Shown one piece after another: positions 61,644-64,000 of a DNA stretch of 64,000 nt (its first letter is position 1; each line of letters opens with the position of its first letter). The DNA comes from Antedon mediterranea. Its lineage: Eukaryota > Animalia > Echinodermata. The stretch spans positions 16,687,045 to 16,751,044 of the forward strand of contig NC_092680.1 of the NCBI RefSeq assembly GCF_964355755.1, read 5' to 3'. The notes beneath the pieces are model-generated. The model ran no database searches. It was not told the origin of the DNA and saw only the letters and a list, made by a program, of their open reading frames with translations. The position numbers and the translations under genes were made by a program.

Positions 61644-62483
61644 ATTATTTATAGGGGTGTTAGTCAATGTGTTGGGTTGGGTGTGTCAGGCTTGTTGAGG
61701 CTTCTATTGTTCGCGTCATTGTGCCAATTGTTTTGTATTTTACGGTGTTTGAAAAATAAAACAAAAAACTGCTGCTGTAGTTAGCCTATAGCTTTTATTA
61801 TGTGTCTGTAAATTATATCGTTTTTTACACTATATAACAATGTTGTTTTTTTACTCAACAGTTAAATCAAGTAGCCTCTACAACAAGAAAAGATCAAGAA
61901 AAAGATTTATATAATATACATTTTAATCTTATTTAATTTATGTTTTAATTTATATAAATACTTTAAAAAAATTATTAAAAACACATTTATTCATTAAGGC
62001 ATATGGAAATCATGAGGTTTCTTAAAGTTCTAGAATATTATAGTATACTTTTTCCTGACCAGCATTATCTTTGGGGTGCCTCTGTCTTGGTTGTTGTCTC
62101 TGAGCACCCGGTCGTCTGTGGCAAGACAAATGTGTATCCTGTTCCTTTGTTTGGTCACCTAGGTAGGGGTCCGGGACCGCGACAGAACGGATGGGGACCC
62201 TCCAAAGAAATTACATTTATTTGTCAGGCATTTGTATGATTTTTTTTTTTTTTTTTTTGAATGCGCCTTGAGCACTCTTGAGTGATATGTGCGCTATAAA
62301 AATCCTGTTATTATTATTATTATCCAATTTATGTTTTAATTTATATAAATACATTCATGTTTGTTTTTCTCTCAACAGTTGAATCAAATAGCCTCTACAA
62401 TTAATAACAAGAAAAAAATCGATAGATCGAGATATACATTCTTCAAACTTTATTCAAATATAAGGCTCAAGAACTGTAACATT
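61644..62483 (+). repeat. Repeat X, direct copy 2 (about 100 bp upstream of the FKRP ATG)
   Basis: Match to 58408-58884; interrupted at 61961-62322 and cut by a LINE tail at 62483. Confidence 0.95.
61961..62322 (+). mobile_element. L2-type retroposon 3' fragment inserted in repeat X
   Basis: Absent from the 58408 copy; ends GCGCCTTGAG..GCGCTATAAAAAT..(TTA)n. Confidence 0.8.
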
Positions 62484-64000
62484 CAAATTCAAATTCAAAT
62501 TCAAATATTCTTTATTCATCCTCTATCATGAAAATATACAACAACAATATATGAGAACATAAAAAAGATGAAAAGGAAACACATAAAAACTCAAAAGAGC
62601 TTGATTAGTTGTGTCCCCCTATGTCCCTAACTAGCCTAAAAAAACTAAAACATAAATAATAAAAAAGCTAAATTCTGCAACAAGTATGATTTTTAAAATT
62701 ATTTGTAAAATGATAATAAATGTTCTTTAAACAATGATTCAGGGATGTAATTGTGCAGGGCGGAGCCGGGCGGGGCCGCCCTGCCTAAAAGCCTCCCGCC
62801 CAGTCTAAAGCTAATTTTAAGGCCTTCCGCCCAGCGTCAGACGTACCTGTCCGCCCACCCTAAATTCCTTTTTTTTCCGCGAAATATCGGGCATATTCTA
62901 GCTAACACAAGCTCACATCGCACAATGCAGCTAGCCTAGCACAAAACACACAGCTTTGAAAATCAACCAAGCAGAACTGTCATGTACTTAATGCTGATTG
63001 GACGGTACGCTCAAGTTCCACTTGAGTGAACATCACACAACCTAGAGCATGCAGCTTCCTAGCTTTGCATGCTGTGCGCGATTTTCTTATCTCCTCTGCT
63101 GTATGAATGAATCATGGAGAATATTTAAAAAAACCGGCGAATTAAACTGTAGGCTAATCAACCGTTCCACGCCGACTGCTTTGTGGAGTAACTTCCCGAC
63201 TACGTGTATTTATTAAAAAAACATTGAATTGAAACATACTATATATCTTGTACTGTTATTATTTTTTATTTTGTGAATTACATCATTAGCGCTGTAGTAT
63301 GGCTCGGATGATAGCCTAGATCATTCATCGCCCAGGCCGCAGACCTGGCGAAATGTACGTTCGTTCATGTAAGTACATCGTGATGTTTTTCTACGTGGTT
63401 GTTGTGCGGCATGAATATCAATAAGAGGTTTTTATCTTGAAAAAAATATTCTCGGCTAAATCGAACAAATTTATTTAATTCATGCAAGCTAGCTAGGCCT
63501 AGGCGTTCTTCGGGGGCAAGTTAACCACAAAGGCAGTTATGTTTAGGTCCAAATGGTAGGCCTACATACACTGTCAAAGCATGGAGGTATAAACCGGGAG
63601 GTACGTATAATTACGTCCATGGTAAAAGTAATGTTTTGCTTTATTAAAATCATTCACCTGAACAATGATAATATTATTAATAAAAAAAAATGTAAAAAAT
63701 TACACATATAAACCATCATTAAAATGAGTCTTATAAAGGTCAATATAGCAAATTTTTTCAGGGGCCTTCGGCCCCTGAACCCCGACCGGGGGCCCTTGGC
63801 GGCCCCCTGGCCCCCAGCCTAAGTTCCTCGCTTCGCTCGTAAGCTTAGTAAAAAACCACCCTCACAATTTTTTTTTCCACCCTCAACAATTCTTAGCTAC
63901 AACCCTGATGATTTAAATATATATATTGATTTGGTACTTTGTAGTTCGTAATTCAAGTCATTCCACAATTTGGGTCCCACACATGACACAGTAAAACTAG
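62483..64000 (-). mobile_element. CR1/L2-group LINE 3' end, split by a DNA transposon
   Basis: Minus strand SFTVSCVGPKLWNDLNYEL at the window end; AATAAA + (ATTTGA)n tail at 62483-62515. Confidence 0.8.
62740..63907. mobile_element. Non-autonomous DNA transposon with CAGGG termini and 6-bp target duplication
   Basis: CAGGGATGTA / TACAACCCTG termini; ATGATT at 62734-62739 and 63908-63913; GC-rich subterminal regions. Confidence 0.88.

Overview
AT-rich, intron-containing animal genomic DNA, most likely a marine invertebrate (inferred from gene structure and transposon repertoire); not prokaryotic, and there is no CRISPR array. Three host genes, all on the minus strand: a 4-coding-exon SKOR (Ski-family corepressor, 36545-42830), a 6-exon CENP-H (51182-56675, 261 aa; the ORF track catches only part of one exon) and a single-exon FKRP (59928-61547). 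I found no host gene in the ~36 kb 3' of SKOR, which is full of repeats. Notable structures: (1) a (TA)n hotspot at 24.2-25.8 kb with Penelope-like element fragments carrying three hammerhead ribozyme motifs and a tRNA-Asp(ATC)-like cloverleaf; (2) an ~8 kb satellite built from two long palindromic modules, with loop inversions and higher-order duplications, apparently lying inside a non-autonomous Helitron array and interrupted by a Helentron-type (HINE) element that shares one module; (3) FKRP bracketed by direct and inverted copies of one repeat, with its last codons and stop inside the inverted copy; (4) a complete Helitron ~190 bp upstream of the CENP-H start codon; (5) strong over-representation of TA-NNN(N)-TA motifs resembling transposon excision scars. 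All calls were made by eye without database searches; TE boundaries are approximate unless termini are quoted.
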